Source of the DNA: an uncultured bacterium
Lineage (GTDB): Bacteria > Omnitrophota > Omnitrophia > Omnitrophales > Aquincolibacteriaceae
NCBI GenBank assembly: GCA_964410905.1
Contig: CAYPIR010000001.1
Span: 21,861 to 85,860 of the forward strand
Direction of reading: 5' to 3'
Length of the DNA stretch: 64,000 nt
Below, piece after piece: positions 49,426 through 60,718 of this stretch. The translations under genes and the position numbers were made by a program. Under the pieces are notes generated by a model that saw nothing but the letters and a program-made list of their open reading frames with translations, had not been told where the DNA came from and ran no database searches. Each line of letters opens with the position of its first letter. Positions within the stretch are counted from its first letter, which is position 1.

Positions 49426-50961
49426 TTACTCCCACTCAATTGTCGCGGGCGGCTTGGAGGTAATATCGTATACAACGCGATTGATATGCTTAACTTCATT
49501 TACTATACGGATGCTTACGCTGTCTAGGACTTCATATGGAATCCGAGCCCAATCCGCTGTCATAAAGTCTGTTGTCGTCACTCCGCGAAGAGCCACTGTG
49601 TAATCATATGTTCTAAAATCTCCCATCACGCCGACAGAGCGGACATCGGTTACAACCGCGAAATACTGGTTGATAGAACGTTCAAGCCCCGCTATTTTTA
49701 TTTCCTCGCGAAAAATCGCATCCGCTTCGCGCAAAATCTCAAGTTTCGCCTCAGTTACTTCTCCGATTACGCGAACGCCAAGTCCGGGACCGGGAAAAGG
49801 CTGCCGCCACACCAAGTTTTCAGGAAGTCCTAGTTCAATGCCCATCCTTCTAACTTCGTCCTTAAAAAGAAGTCTAATCGGCTCTATCAACTCCTCAAAA
49901 TCAACAACTGAAGGAAGTCCGCCGACATTATGATGCGATTTAATCACAGCGGAATCGCCAAGCCCGCTTTCAATGACATCGGGATAAATCGTCCCTTGAA
50001 CCAAAAAGTCTACTTTGCCGATTTTCTTCGCTTCGTCTTCAAACACTCGTATAAACTCTTCGCCAATCGCTTTGCGCTTTGCTTCGGGTTCGATAATGCC
50101 TTTTAATTTTTTTAAGAATCGCTCCTTGGCATTCGCGCGGACAAAATGCGAGTCAAAAAACCCGTCAAAAACTTTCTCGACTTCATCGCCTTCATTTTTG
50201 CGCATAAGTCCATGGTCAACAAAAACGCATGTAAGCTGCTTGCCTATTGCTTTTGACACAAGCGCGGCAACAACGCTGGAGTCAACGCCACCGGACAACG
50301 CGCAAAGAGCCTTGCCTTCTCCGACTTGCTTACGGATTTTTTTTATCTGCTCATCAATATAACTCGCCATTGTCCAATCGCCCGAACATCCGCAAATTTC
50401 ATACAAAAAATTGTGAAGCATATTTTTTCCGTTGGGAGTGTGATTTACTTCGGGATGAAATTGAACGCCATAGAATTTTTTCTTAGCATCCTCAATAGCC
50501 GCGGCAGGACAAGTTTCTGTTTTCCCCGTTACGCGAAATCCCGCGGGAAGTTCCTTTACAAAATCCGTATGACTCATCCAACAAGTTTCCGTTTTGCTCA
50601 CGCCTTTAAAAAGCGCGCTGTCGGTTTCAAGCATTGCGGTCGATTTGCCATATTCGCTTTTTGTATGCGCGTTACCAACTTTCCCGCCGAGACTATAAGC
50701 CAGCAATTGACAGCCGTAACAAATTCCTAAAATAGGCACGCCCAAATTTAAAATACGTTTGTCGCAACGTGGAGATTTTTCATCACAAACACTGTTGGGA
50801 CCACCTGTTAAAATAATGCCTTTGGGATTTTTCGCAGCAATTTCTTCGAAAGGTTTATTCCAAGGCAACAGCTCGCAATAAACATTTTGTTCTCTAACTC
50901 TTCGCGCGATAAGCTGACTGTATTGTCCGCCAAAATCTAAAATCACTATGGTTTGATTCAT
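49426..50961 (-). CDS. guaA: GMP synthase (glutamine-hydrolysing)
   Basis: The GATase domain ([11 protein letters not shown]) and the ATP-PPase motif SGGVDSSV are present. Confidence 0.97.
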   Translation of the reverse strand: MNQTIVILDFGGQYSQLIARRVREQNVYCELLPWNKPFEEIAAKNPKGIILTGGPNSVCDEKSPRCDKRILNLGVPILGICYGCQLLAYSLGGKVGNAHTKSEYGKSTAMLETDSALFKGVSKTETCWMSHTDFVKELPAGFRVTGKTETCPAAAIEDAKKKFYGVQFHPEVNHTPNGKNMLHNFLYEICGCSGDWTMASYIDEQIKKIRKQVGEGKALCALSGGVDSSVVAALVSKAIGKQLTCVFVDHGLMRKNEGDEVEKVFDGFFDSHFVRANAKERFLKKLKGIIEPEAKRKAIGEEFIRVFEDEAKKIGKVDFLVQGTIYPDVIESGLGDSAVIKSHHNVGGLPSVVDFEELIEPIRLLFKDEVRRMGIELGLPENLVWRQPFPGPGLGVRVIGEVTEAKLEILREADAIFREEIKIAGLERSINQYFAVVTDVRSVGVMGDFRTYDYTVALRGVTTTDFMTADWARIPYEVLDSVSIRIVNEVKHINRVVYDITSKPPATIEWE

Positions 50962-51054
50962 AATTTCCTCATTAAATATTTTTGAATGTTTCTCTATAGA
51001 TTAAGCCAATAAAGTTTGGATTATATCACGCTTTATGTTAAATTATCCGCCGTT

Positions 51055-51762
51055 ATGCTTAAACTTTTGCGAACACATACAAAAACTATTGTTTGGATTG
51101 TTGTCGGTTCATTTCTTCTTTGGGGCGGATATTCCGTTACAACACTTAAAAAAGAAGGCCGTTACGCGGGCGAAGTCTTCGGCAAAGCCGTAACATTCCA
51201 AGACTTCAATGTTTTTTCACGCGCCACACAGCTTTTTATGCCCTCGGAACAGCCTCTTGAAGACGCCGATCTTGTTCGCGCGTACACTTGGCAAAACATT
51301 ATTTTTTCACGCGAGGCAAAACGCGAAGGCGTAAAAATCTCTGACGAAGATGTCCGAAATGAAATTGCCAAAATTTTAACCCAGCAAGGCATAAGCAACC
51401 CTACTCAAGAACAATATCGTATTTGGCTTGCCCGCTCGCTTCAAATTTCTCCAAGCGAATTTGAGGAAGGGCTTCGCGAATTTATGCGCATTCAAAAGTT
51501 AATTCAAAGCAAAATTTCCAGCTTCGCGCTTCAAGATAAAATATCTGCCGCCTCGTCTGAGGAAGAAAAAGCAAAGTTCGCCGTCAAGCAGCGTGAAAGT
51601 TTTATCGCTTGGACAGATGAGGTAAACGCCCGTGCGAAAATTAAAGATTATCTTGCTCTGACGCTTGCGAGGAACAATTCAGTAGAAGTTACAAATGAAG
51701 TTCAAGCAATCGCGGAGCCCATCACTTCGGAAGTGAAAACTGACGAAAAAACAAATCCATAA
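51055..51762 (+). CDS. SurA N-terminal-domain / PpiD-like periplasmic chaperone (no obvious PPIase domain)
   Basis: The N-terminal TM is MLKLLRTHTKTIVWIVVGSFLLWGG. It is followed by a SurA_N-like helical region. Confidence 0.55.
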   Translation: MLKLLRTHTKTIVWIVVGSFLLWGGYSVTTLKKEGRYAGEVFGKAVTFQDFNVFSRATQLFMPSEQPLEDADLVRAYTWQNIIFSREAKREGVKISDEDVRNEIAKILTQQGISNPTQEQYRIWLARSLQISPSEFEEGLREFMRIQKLIQSKISSFALQDKISAASSEEEKAKFAVKQRESFIAWTDEVNARAKIKDYLALTLARNNSVEVTNEVQAIAEPITSEVKTDEKTNP

Positions 51763-51803
51763 TTCCTTGTCTTAATTCTCTATCACTATAAGGAGATTCT
51801 CAC

Positions 51804-52838
51804 GTGAACACTGTTGACTCTATCGCAAAAATTGTAAATGGAACTGTTGTCGGCGATTCTTCCGCGCAAATAGAAAACGTAACGAACTCCGAGAACCCTC
51901 TCAAAAACCATATAGCGTTCGCGCAAGATGAGAAAACTCTGAAGGCTTTAGAAGCGTCTGAAATAACTTGCGTTATTGTTTCAAAACAAGTTACGCAATC
52001 ATCGAAAATTCTTATTCAAGTTGAGCAACCCAAACACGCGTGGGCAAAGCTTTTGCGCGCGCTATTCCCCGCTAAAAAATTTTCAGGAACAATCTCTGAA
52101 AAATCTGCCATCGCGAAGTCGGCAAAATTAGGAGCGAATGTTACAGTAGAAGCATTTGCGAATATTGGCGAAAATGTTGTCATAGAAGACAATGCGGTGA
52201 TACGTTCCGGATCATTTATAGATGAAAATGTGAAGATTGGAAAAAATTCTGTGATTCATCCAAATGTCGTAATTTATGCCGGCTCAGTTCTGGGTGATAA
52301 TGTAATTATTCACGCGGGAACGGTTATTGGAGCCGATGGGTTTGGTTACGTGGAAACTCAAGGCGAGCGAGAAAAACTCCCGCAAATTGGAAATGTCATA
52401 ATTGAAAATGATGTGGAAATTGGAGCTTGCTGCACAGTCGACCGCGCGGCCATCGGTTCTACCCGCGTTGGCAAAGGTTGTAAAATTGATAACCTTGTTC
52501 AAATCGCGCACAACGTTCAACTGGGTGAACACTGCGCGATTTCCGCGCAAACAGGAATTTCCGGAAGCTGCAAAATCGGATCGCATGTTACGATGGGTGG
52601 TTCGGTCGGCATTGGCGATCATGTTGAAATTGGCGACTGGGCAATGATTGGCGCCGGAGCGGGATTCCCCTCCAATAAAAAAGTCCCAGGCAAACAAATT
52701 TATTTCGGGCAACCGGCAAGACCATATCAAGAAATGCGAAAGCAATTTGGCGCGCAACTTCGTTCGGCTGAAACTTTAGACGATGTCCGAGCTCTTAAGA
52801 AAAAAGTCGCGGAATTAGAGAAAAAACTGCTCGGTTAA
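51804..52838 (+). CDS. lpxD: UDP-3-O-acylglucosamine N-acyltransferase
   Basis: Left-handed beta-helix hexapeptide repeats and a C-terminal coiled coil are present. The start is GTG. Confidence 0.85.
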   Translation: MNTVDSIAKIVNGTVVGDSSAQIENVTNSENPLKNHIAFAQDEKTLKALEASEITCVIVSKQVTQSSKILIQVEQPKHAWAKLLRALFPAKKFSGTISEKSAIAKSAKLGANVTVEAFANIGENVVIEDNAVIRSGSFIDENVKIGKNSVIHPNVVIYAGSVLGDNVIIHAGTVIGADGFGYVETQGEREKLPQIGNVIIENDVEIGACCTVDRAAIGSTRVGKGCKIDNLVQIAHNVQLGEHCAISAQTGISGSCKIGSHVTMGGSVGIGDHVEIGDWAMIGAGAGFPSNKKVPGKQIYFGQPARPYQEMRKQFGAQLRSAETLDDVRALKKKVAELEKKLLG

Positions 52839-52848
52839 TTTCTAGCCT

Positions 52849-53514
52849 CTATCGCTTCAATTCAATCAGACTTAAAAACTCGCTCCGCGAACGCGCGTCT
52901 TTTCTAAACGCCCCAAGCATTGCGCTTGTTACGGTGTAAGCACCCGCTTTGCGAACGCCTCTCATTGCCATACAAAGATGAAGCGCCTCAATAACAACCG
53001 CCACGCCTTCCGGATTTAATTCTTCCATCAAACATTCGGCAATTTGCGTTGTAAGCCTCTCTTGTACTTGAAGACGCTTAGCAAAAATTTCCACAATACG
53101 CGGTATTTTGCTAAGTCCTACAATTTTTCCATTTGGCATATAAGCGATATGCGCTTTACCATAAAATGGCAGCAGATGATGTTCGCAAAGCGAAAAAATC
53201 TCAATATCTTTAACAATAACCATTTCATCATACGGTTCTTTAAAAATCGCTCCACTCAGAACCTCTTTTGGATTTTGTTTATAGCCTTGTGTCAAATACC
53301 GAAGAGACTTCGCCACTCGCTCCGGGGTTTTTAGCAGCCCTTCTCGCTTAGGATTTTCGCCCAAAAGTTCCAGCATATTTTTTACCACATTTTCAAAAAT
53401 TCCATCCGGAGTTTTTGATAATCTCTCTTGTTTCGAGGCGTTGCTCAAAGATTTCCGCGCATTTTTTAAGGCATTCCCCGTAGCTTTATCATACATAATC
53501 ATTTTCTTTTTCAT
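52849..53514 (-). CDS. folE: GTP cyclohydrolase I
   Basis: [10 protein letters not shown] and the QVQERLT motifs are present. Confidence 0.95.
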   Translation of the reverse strand: MKKKMIMYDKATGNALKNARKSLSNASKQERLSKTPDGIFENVVKNMLELLGENPKREGLLKTPERVAKSLRYLTQGYKQNPKEVLSGAIFKEPYDEMVIVKDIEIFSLCEHHLLPFYGKAHIAYMPNGKIVGLSKIPRIVEIFAKRLQVQERLTTQIAECLMEELNPEGVAVVIEALHLCMAMRGVRKAGAYTVTSAMLGAFRKDARSRSEFLSLIELKR

Positions 53515-54398
53515 AAAATTTTCCTATCCCCAGTCTCCGTAAGAGTTTTTTTAAAAACTTTCGCGATAAAAACTAAAATGAGCATTAAAAAAATCCAGCC
53601 TACCACGCCGTCATAGACTTTCTTGGTCGCCCAGAAAAAAACATTATCGTTTGAAAATCTCATAAAAAGTCCCGCGCTCTTAATAAAGAAAACACAGCCG
53701 GCATGCAAGCCTATGGATGTCCAAAGAGAACGGGAGCGGGTAAGCGCGAAATTAAGCGCGAGACCAAACAAAAAAAGTCCGACAAAAGCAGGCCAAACGG
53801 ATTGCCATTCGGCAAATGATTGTATCGGCGCGAGAACTAATTTCAAACTATCAGCAATTCCGGGCGACGTGGAAATTTCCGGCTTTTTCACGCTGACAAA
53901 ATGAAGCGAAGAATAAAAAAGACTTGTCGCAATCATCGCGAGCGCGGTGCCGCCTCTAAATAATTTATCCCGAAGTCCCGTGAACACAAACCCGCGAAAA
54001 AAAAACTCCTCTATTGTTCCAATCAAAACCGCGGCCAAGAAACAGCCGACAAGTTTTCTAGCCCATTCCAAATACGGCAAATCGCGTAAAGCAATTTGAG
54101 AATTTACTCCCAGCAAGGACACGGCAGAAAAAATCAAGAGCGTTACAATCGCTATCCCAAAGCCTTTTAAAAAAAATACTAGACTTTGTTTTTGCCAATC
54201 CATTTTATAAGCGGCAAATGTTTCTTTTTTTATCTTCACAAACAAAGCAACCGCGACGAGCGTCAAAATCATAACGACTCGATTAAAAATCCTTCCGAAC
54301 TTAAACGATGGCATCAAGTCGTAAAGGATGGGCGTCAGCACAACGCTTAGGACAAGTATAGAAAGGAAAATTGCCAGAAACTTAAAAACCGATTTCAT
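53511..54398 (-). CDS. CPBP-family intramembrane metalloprotease (CAAX protease-like)
   Basis: It is a multi-TM protein with EEFFFRG and a later SLHF/H motif. Confidence 0.75.
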   Translation of the reverse strand: MKSVFKFLAIFLSILVLSVVLTPILYDLMPSFKFGRIFNRVVMILTLVAVALFVKIKKETFAAYKMDWQKQSLVFFLKGFGIAIVTLLIFSAVSLLGVNSQIALRDLPYLEWARKLVGCFLAAVLIGTIEEFFFRGFVFTGLRDKLFRGGTALAMIATSLFYSSLHFVSVKKPEISTSPGIADSLKLVLAPIQSFAEWQSVWPAFVGLFLFGLALNFALTRSRSLWTSIGLHAGCVFFIKSAGLFMRFSNDNVFFWATKKVYDGVVGWIFLMLILVFIAKVFKKTLTETGDRKIL

Positions 54399-54413
54399 AG
54401 TCCGCCTTTTTTT

Positions 54414-54869
54414 CTACATTCTTAATTCCAAAGTCATTTCGATCTCAACGGCAGCATTCATAGGAAGGCTCGCGACTCCGACAGCCGAACGCGCGTGCGT
54501 TCCCGCCTCGCCGAATATTTTAACAAGCAGCTCTGACGCGCCATTAACGACTTCAGGAATTTCATAAAAATTCGGCGCGGCTTGAACAAAACCTGTCAAA
54601 TTAACAACCCGCACTATTTGGTCAAATCCAATTTCTTTCATAATAGAAACTGAGTTTAAAACCGCGGCTTTAGCGGCAAGCTGTCCCTCTTCAAGCGTCA
54701 GAGTATCGCCGACTTTCCCGGTCAAAATTTTGCCCGTGGAATCCTTAGAAATTTGCCCGCTGATGAACGCGCGATTCCTGGAAATCACAACGGGTTTATA
54801 AACTCCGACAGGTTGAGGAGCCGGCGGAAGAGATATTCCCAATTCACTCAATTTTTCTTCTATGGACAT
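54414..54869 (-). CDS. RidA/YjgF-family protein
   Basis: 151 aa with the pattern PARSAVGVASLPMNAAVEIE. Confidence 0.8.
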   Translation of the reverse strand: MSIEEKLSELGISLPPAPQPVGVYKPVVISRNRAFISGQISKDSTGKILTGKVGDTLTLEEGQLAAKAAVLNSVSIMKEIGFDQIVRVVNLTGFVQAAPNFYEIPEVVNGASELLVKIFGEAGTHARSAVGVASLPMNAAVEIEMTLELRM

Positions 54870-54883
54870 AAACCACCTCTTTG

Positions 54884-55582
54884 TTATTTTTTAGAAATAT
54901 TTGTTATTATAAGTGTAGCGGCGCCAAAACAAAAACGTTTCATTAGCGTAAACTCAAACCCTTCTTTTTCCATTTCCGCAACAATTTCGTTTGGTGTTTT
55001 AAAATCCCGAACCGATTCAGAAAGAAACCGATATGCTTTCCAATCGCCTGAAACAATCCCGCCAATCAACGGTAAAAAAATCCAAAGATAAGGATAGAAA
55101 AATATTTTAGCAAAAAAATTTGTCGGCCGCGTCAGCTCCAAAAACGCGACTTTCCCGTTATGTTTCAAAACCCGTTTTATGTTTTTTAAAAAAACAGAAA
55201 AGGATTGGACGCTTCTCAGCGTAAAAGCGGACACCACCAAATCAAAACTTCCGTCCACAAACGGCAAAGCCTCAAAATCGCCTTTGAGCCAAATAGTATT
55301 TTGCGAGATTCGTTCTCTAGCGGCTTCAAGCATTTTTTTAGAAAAATCCAATCCCACAGAAATTTCCCATGTTTTACTTTTGATAAAACATTCCAAAAAC
55401 TTTCCTGTCCCGCAGCCCAAATCCAAAATGGCCTTGGGTTCAACATCAAAAGTTTTTAAAATTATTTTCGAGGATTTTGCCCTCCAGCCGTCAGACATTC
55501 CAAAACTCAAAATGTTGTTAATCGCATCATAGTAAGGCGTTATAGAATCAAAAGATTTTTGAATAAATTCTTTATCAGCCAT
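54884..55582 (-). CDS. ubiE: Demethylmenaquinone/ubiquinone C-methyltransferase
   Basis: YDAINNILSFG and LDLGCGTG are present. It lies within the menaquinone cluster. Confidence 0.8.
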   Translation of the reverse strand: MADKEFIQKSFDSITPYYDAINNILSFGMSDGWRAKSSKIILKTFDVEPKAILDLGCGTGKFLECFIKSKTWEISVGLDFSKKMLEAARERISQNTIWLKGDFEALPFVDGSFDLVVSAFTLRSVQSFSVFLKNIKRVLKHNGKVAFLELTRPTNFFAKIFFYPYLWIFLPLIGGIVSGDWKAYRFLSESVRDFKTPNEIVAEMEKEGFEFTLMKRFCFGAATLIITNISKK

Positions 55583-55596
55583 ACACAGCCTCCTTT

Positions 55597-56670
55597 TTAT
55601 TTAAAAACACTCAAAACTTCATACTCCGTATTTCTTTGAACCGGTATAAAACCAGCGTTTTTAATAAGCCGTGTTAAATCTTCCTTGCGTGTCAAAATTT
55701 TTATCCCAGTCGATTCTAAAACTTTATCTTCCAAGAGAGTTCCGCCCATATCGTCCGCGCCGAACATCAAAGCAATTTGCGCCAGCTTCAGCCCTTCTGT
55801 AAGCCAGCCTGCCTGAATGTGCTCAAAATTATCCAGCATAAGCCTAGAAATTGCTACAGTCTTTAGATAATCATCTCCTCCCGCTTGTGATAAATGACTT
55901 AATGCCGGCGTCCCTCGCGGCGAAAAACTCCAAGGAATAAACGACCGAAAGCCCTTTGTTTCATTTTGAAGTGCTCTTAACCTTAAGAGATGTTCAACGC
56001 GTTCCGCCTTTGTTTCAATATGACCAAACATCATTGTCGCGGTTGTTTTAAAACCAACCTCGTGCGCTTCCCGCATTACTTCAAGCCATTTTTCAGTTGA
56101 AATTTTTTTTGGACTAATTATTTTACGAACCCGCTCAACCAAAATTTCCGCTCCGCCTCCCGGCAGTGAACTGAGCCCTGCTTCTTTAAACTTCAGCAGT
56201 ATATCGCGGAGAGACATTTTGTTTTTTTTTGCCAACATTTCCATTTCTATCGCGGAAAAAGAATGTATGGCAATTTGCGGAAATTTTTTATGAATAGCGT
56301 TCGTGATTTCTAAAAAATAATTCAAATCTAAATCAGGATTAATTCCTCCTTGTATCAACACCTGCGTCCCGCCCAAACGGACAAGTTCTTCCACTTTTGT
56401 CAAAATCGCCTCGCAAGACAAAACAAACTTTTTTGAGCTTTTAGGTTTGCAATAAAACGCGCAAAATCCACATTCAATCACACAAACATTTGTATAACTT
56501 ACGTTGCGGTCGACAACAAAACTAACCGCGTGGGGCAAAAGACGCGGCGTTAATTTTAAGGCTGCTTGTCCCAGCTCAAGTAAATTGGCATCATAAAGCG
56601 CGACTCCGTCTTCTAACGATAGCCTTTCGCCCGCGAGCCTTTTTTGCAAAATAGGTTCAATGTTTGCCAT
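55597..56670 (-). CDS. Radical SAM enzyme of the MqnC/MqnE (CofH-like) family
   Basis: The CxxxCxFCAF cluster (CVIECGFCAF) is present and the length is 357 aa. I cannot separate MqnC from MqnE by eye. Confidence 0.75.
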   Translation of the reverse strand: MANIEPILQKRLAGERLSLEDGVALYDANLLELGQAALKLTPRLLPHAVSFVVDRNVSYTNVCVIECGFCAFYCKPKSSKKFVLSCEAILTKVEELVRLGGTQVLIQGGINPDLDLNYFLEITNAIHKKFPQIAIHSFSAIEMEMLAKKNKMSLRDILLKFKEAGLSSLPGGGAEILVERVRKIISPKKISTEKWLEVMREAHEVGFKTTATMMFGHIETKAERVEHLLRLRALQNETKGFRSFIPWSFSPRGTPALSHLSQAGGDDYLKTVAISRLMLDNFEHIQAGWLTEGLKLAQIALMFGADDMGGTLLEDKVLESTGIKILTRKEDLTRLIKNAGFIPVQRNTEYEVLSVFK

Positions 56671-56672
56671 AA

Positions 56673-57503
56673 TTAATTAAAAAATTCTATTTCGCTGAGT
56701 TCGTTACGAACAAGTCCGTCTTCATAAGCAAGGTTAAAAAAACGCGTAAGCCCTTGTTGCATTTCATTATCAAGGCTATATTCAAGTCCGTCAAAATATC
56801 CAATCAATTGGCAAAACCTAGCATCTCCCAGATCGATTTTCATAGAATCAAAAATCATTTTTTCCAAATCCGCCAAATTGCATTTCGTGTTTTCTCGCAG
56901 CGCGTGGCAAAATTCATGAAGCTCGTCGGGATTATTCTTAGCAAAATCTTTGCGAGCAACCCAAAGAGAAAAAACAAACGGAAGGTTTGTTAAATTTCGC
57001 CACAGTCTAGCTAAATCATATTTATAAATAAGCGTTTTGGGCTGACAAAAAAGAGCCTCATCGCCAATCACAACCGCCGCAATATGTTTTTTAAATATTT
57101 CTCCCAAGTTTTGCGCTACGGTTTCAAATGAATTTTTAAAACCAAACGAATGTTTCAAAATAATTTTTATTAACGATATTGAACTGTAGCTTTCTTTTGA
57201 AAGCGCTATCGTTCCCCCGTTCAATTCCTCTATTTTTTTTCGAGATAAAAGCAAAACGCTGCGCGCAAAAGCTTGCGCTCCAATACAAATGTCGGGCAAA
57301 AGTAAATATTCATTTTGATGTCTTAAGTACTCAAGTGAGGATACGGGGCCTAACGCAATACGCCCTTCACGCAGCGCGGAATTTATATTGGCGGGATAAT
57401 CTTCCAAAAACTCTATATCTTTTAAGCCGCGATTTTTAAGTCTTTCTTCCAGCCCAAAATAAAACGGCAGACAATTGAGATAAGAGATTTTTCCTATTTT
57501 CAT
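56673..57503 (-). CDS. mqnA: Chorismate dehydratase MqnA (VitK2_biosynth family)
   Basis: The protein begins MKIGKISYLNCLPFYFGL. The ATG at 57503 overlaps the ubiX stop (ATGA). Confidence 0.7.
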   Translation of the reverse strand: MKIGKISYLNCLPFYFGLEERLKNRGLKDIEFLEDYPANINSALREGRIALGPVSSLEYLRHQNEYLLLPDICIGAQAFARSVLLLSRKKIEELNGGTIALSKESYSSISLIKIILKHSFGFKNSFETVAQNLGEIFKKHIAAVVIGDEALFCQPKTLIYKYDLARLWRNLTNLPFVFSLWVARKDFAKNNPDELHEFCHALRENTKCNLADLEKMIFDSMKIDLGDARFCQLIGYFDGLEYSLDNEMQQGLTRFFNLAYEDGLVRNELSEIEFFN

Positions 57504-58069
57504 TTCGCGTTTCCGACCCAACGCGGAAAAAGCATATGCGTCAAATCCATTTGATCTAAAACTTTTCCAACTACAAAATCGATCAAGTCTCGCACCGTAT
57601 TTCGCGCGGAATAAAACGCCGGCATCGGAGGAACAATCCGCACTCCAAGCCGCGAAAGTTTCAGCATATTTTCTAGGTGTATGGCCGAAAGCGGCGTCTC
57701 GCGAGGAACAAGTATCAATTTACGCCCTTCTTTAATCGTGCAGTCAGCGGCTCTGTGAATAAGGTTTTGGCTAAGCCCCGCGGCAATCGCGCCGAGCGTT
57801 CCCATACTGCACGGAATAATCACCATTCCCGCAGTTGGATACGAGCCGCTTGCAATTGATGCCGTAAAATCATAAAAATTGTAAACGCGTATAGATTTTG
57901 AATTTTCAAGAAAAGCGAAATTCCCATTTGATTCTTCAGCGATAACTTTTTTTGCCGTGTCAGAAATAACAAGTTCTACGGGGATATTCCTCTCTCCCAA
58001 AACTTCCAAAAGCCTTTCGGCATAAACCGCTCCGCTTGCTCCTGTAACAGCTACAACATAAGGTTTCAT
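57500..58069 (-). CDS. ubiX: Flavin prenyltransferase UbiX
   Basis: VAVTGASGAVYA ... IIPCSMGTLGAIA are present. Confidence 0.9.
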   Translation of the reverse strand: MKPYVVAVTGASGAVYAERLLEVLGERNIPVELVISDTAKKVIAEESNGNFAFLENSKSIRVYNFYDFTASIASGSYPTAGMVIIPCSMGTLGAIAAGLSQNLIHRAADCTIKEGRKLILVPRETPLSAIHLENMLKLSRLGVRIVPPMPAFYSARNTVRDLIDFVVGKVLDQMDLTHMLFPRWVGNAK

Positions 58070-58117
58070 AATTTTGTCCTTTTAAATAATTTCCAAACCT
58101 CCGATAAAACCTTTTTT

Positions 58118-58981
58118 TTAAAACACCTCGTCGCAGAAAACCGCGATAAAAAATAAAACGCTCACCACCGCGTTCATAGTAAAAAATGCTTCGTTAATTT
58201 TTACTTCGCTAAAAGACCGCGTAAGACTATGTTCGCGAATTAAAAACCCGCTTATGACAAAAATGCCTGCGAAATAAAAAATTCCGCTATGGGCAAAAAA
58301 ACCAGCCGAAATCCAAAAAAGCACCGCAGCAATATGCAAAATCCGCGAAATAGTTAAAGTAACCTCTCTGCCCCATTTGGCAGGAAACGAAAAAAGATTG
58401 TTCGCGTGATCAAATTCTATATCCTGCAAAGCGTAAATCATATCAAATCCCGCTACCCAAAAAGTTACACCCAAGGTTAAAAACAAAGGCGGGAAATCAT
58501 ATGTTCCACGGCTCGCTATCCAAGCGCCATACGGAGCGATGCCAAGAATTAAACCCAATATGAAATGCGAAAAATAGGTTACTCGTTTTGCGTATGGATA
58601 GACCCAAGTCAAAATGACTGGGATTGGAGAAAGAAAAACACAAAGTGCTCCAAGTTTAACCGCGCTGTATTCAAAAATAATAAATGAGGCGACAATCGCT
58701 ATTAAAACATTTCGCGCGCTTAACTGCTTTTGCGGAAGCGCCCTGCCGCAAGTTCTAGGATTTTTCGCGTCTATATTTCTATCAACAAAACGGTTGATTG
58801 CCATCGCCATTGTTCTAAAGTTCACCATCGCCAAAGTTATCCACAAAAAAATGGAAGCGCGAGGCAACCCGCCTTCGGCAAGAATCAATCCTGAATAAGC
58901 AAACGGGAGTGCGAAAATTGAATGCTCAAGTTTAATGTCTTTTGAGAAAACCAAGAGTTTTTTAAGAAAAGTTTTAATCAA
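58118..58981 (-). CDS. UbiA-family aromatic prenyltransferase
   Basis: It is polytopic, with NRFVDRNIDAKNPRT (NxxxDxxxD) and a second Asp-rich motif (DIEFD). Confidence 0.85.
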   Translation of the reverse strand: MIKTFLKKLLVFSKDIKLEHSIFALPFAYSGLILAEGGLPRASIFLWITLAMVNFRTMAMAINRFVDRNIDAKNPRTCGRALPQKQLSARNVLIAIVASFIIFEYSAVKLGALCVFLSPIPVILTWVYPYAKRVTYFSHFILGLILGIAPYGAWIASRGTYDFPPLFLTLGVTFWVAGFDMIYALQDIEFDHANNLFSFPAKWGREVTLTISRILHIAAVLFWISAGFFAHSGIFYFAGIFVISGFLIREHSLTRSFSEVKINEAFFTMNAVVSVLFFIAVFCDEVF

Positions 58982-60428
58982 TCCCGTATTCTGCCCATCT
59001 GTCCGTTACAAGTTTTTTTATTTCCTCACTCATTATTATATCGTCAGGCCAAGGGCGGTTCATTCCCTCTTCTTTTGTTTTGCGAGTAGCGTCTATCCCA
59101 ATTTTTGAACCTCTTAAATTGTCTGGCGAGCTGTGGTCAAGTTCATCAAGCGGACCTTCAGAAAAAACAAAATCTCGTTTCGGATCTATATTATTTAGTA
59201 CTCGCCACGCAACTTCGCTTGTATTTTGGATATCCGCGTCGTTGTCCAAAACTATAATCATTTTAGAAAACATCATTTGTCCCAGCCCCCAGAGAGCGTG
59301 AATGATTTTTCGTCCTTGCGCGGGATATGTTTTCTTTATTTTGACTATCAAACAATTGTGAAAATTTCCCTCCCACGGCATCGCAATGTCCAATATTTCC
59401 GGGAACTGTTTTTGAATAAGCGGCAGAAAAATTCTTTCTATCGCTTTTCCCATAAAACAATCTTCCATAGGCGGACGGCCTACAACAGTCGTTGCGTAAA
59501 TAGGCTTTTTGCGATGAGTCATACAAGTTATGTGAAAAACAGGAAAATCTTTTGCCTGCGAATAAAATCCTGTGTGATCGCCAAAAGGACCTTCAAGACG
59601 ACTTTCTCCCGCTTCAACATATCCTTCTAAAATTATCTCGGCTTCCGAAGGGATTTCCAAATCAATGGTTTTGCATCGAGCAAGTTCGACTGAACTCCGC
59701 CGCAAAAATCCCGCCAACATCAATTCATCAATCCCTGACGGCAGCGGACACACCGCAGAAAACATAAGCGCGGGATCAGCGCCAATCGCGACCGCTACAG
59801 GCAATTTCCCGCCGCCCGTCTCGCTTAATTTTCTAAAATGCTCAGAACCATCTTTATGAATATGCCAATGCATTCCAGTTGTTTGATTGTCATAGACTTG
59901 CATCCGATACATCCCAAGATTGCGAACGCCGGTTTGCGGGTCTTTGGTGATAACAATTGGAAGAGTGATAAATTTGCCGCCGTCTTTCGGCCAACATTTC
60001 AAAATCGGAATCGTGTCAAGAATCGCTCCCTCTCCTGCCCTAACAACAACTTCTTGACAAGGCGCATTTCGGACAATCTTGGGGATAATGTTTTTTAGCT
60101 CAAATGCTTTTGGAACAAGCGATAGACCTTGTGTAATATTTTGCGGCGGTTTTAAATCCAGAAACGATTTTATGCGCGCGGCAATTTCGTCTATGTTTTT
60201 CACGTCAAGCGCCATTGCCATCCGCTTGTAGGAACCATATAAATTGATAGCCACTGGAAACGCAGAGCCTTGTATATTTTTAAAAAGAAGCGCGGAGCCA
60301 TTCTGCTTCACAACTCGGTCATATATCTCCGTAATCTCAAGTTCCGGATTAACTGACGCATCAATTTCCCGCAACTCTCCAGAGTCTTTTAAGACTTTAA
60401 TAAATTCAGATAGGTTTTTAAAGTTCAT
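58974..60428 (-). CDS. UbiD-family (prFMN-dependent) decarboxylase
   Basis: 484 aa with GMYRMQV ... GMHWHIHKDG ... typical UbiD core motifs. Confidence 0.85.
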   Translation of the reverse strand: MNFKNLSEFIKVLKDSGELREIDASVNPELEITEIYDRVVKQNGSALLFKNIQGSAFPVAINLYGSYKRMAMALDVKNIDEIAARIKSFLDLKPPQNITQGLSLVPKAFELKNIIPKIVRNAPCQEVVVRAGEGAILDTIPILKCWPKDGGKFITLPIVITKDPQTGVRNLGMYRMQVYDNQTTGMHWHIHKDGSEHFRKLSETGGGKLPVAVAIGADPALMFSAVCPLPSGIDELMLAGFLRRSSVELARCKTIDLEIPSEAEIILEGYVEAGESRLEGPFGDHTGFYSQAKDFPVFHITCMTHRKKPIYATTVVGRPPMEDCFMGKAIERIFLPLIQKQFPEILDIAMPWEGNFHNCLIVKIKKTYPAQGRKIIHALWGLGQMMFSKMIIVLDNDADIQNTSEVAWRVLNNIDPKRDFVFSEGPLDELDHSSPDNLRGSKIGIDATRKTKEEGMNRPWPDDIIMSEEIKKLVTDRWAEYGID

Positions 60429-60718
60429 CTATTAAATTCCTTTTACATCTTCGTCACGCAACCGTAGGACTTACATAAAAAACAACCTTATTTCCAAAGC
60501 TTCGCAATGTTGTTTTTTGTTTAATCTTAGATTAGCATCTTTATAGAAAAAACATAAGAAAAATTCATCGTCGTTAACAAGCAACGCCATCTGAGAATCA
60601 ATTGAGCTTTGGTAACTACGATAAATTTTTGTTTAATTTAGACAATACAAATTGCCTCGGTTTAATTCGCGCGGAATTGCTTTTCCAAACAAATTTACTA
60701 CAGAAAATCATAAAACGG

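Noticed and set aside
60429-60718. 290-bp AT-rich intergenic region upstream of the UbiD-like gene as a riboswitch or sRNA
   Set aside because: I found only weak AT-rich stems (AAAAAACAAC...GTTGTTTTTT with a 22-nt loop; AATTC-cgcgc-GAATT). I recognise no riboswitch core. It probably holds the rluD terminator and the cluster promoter.
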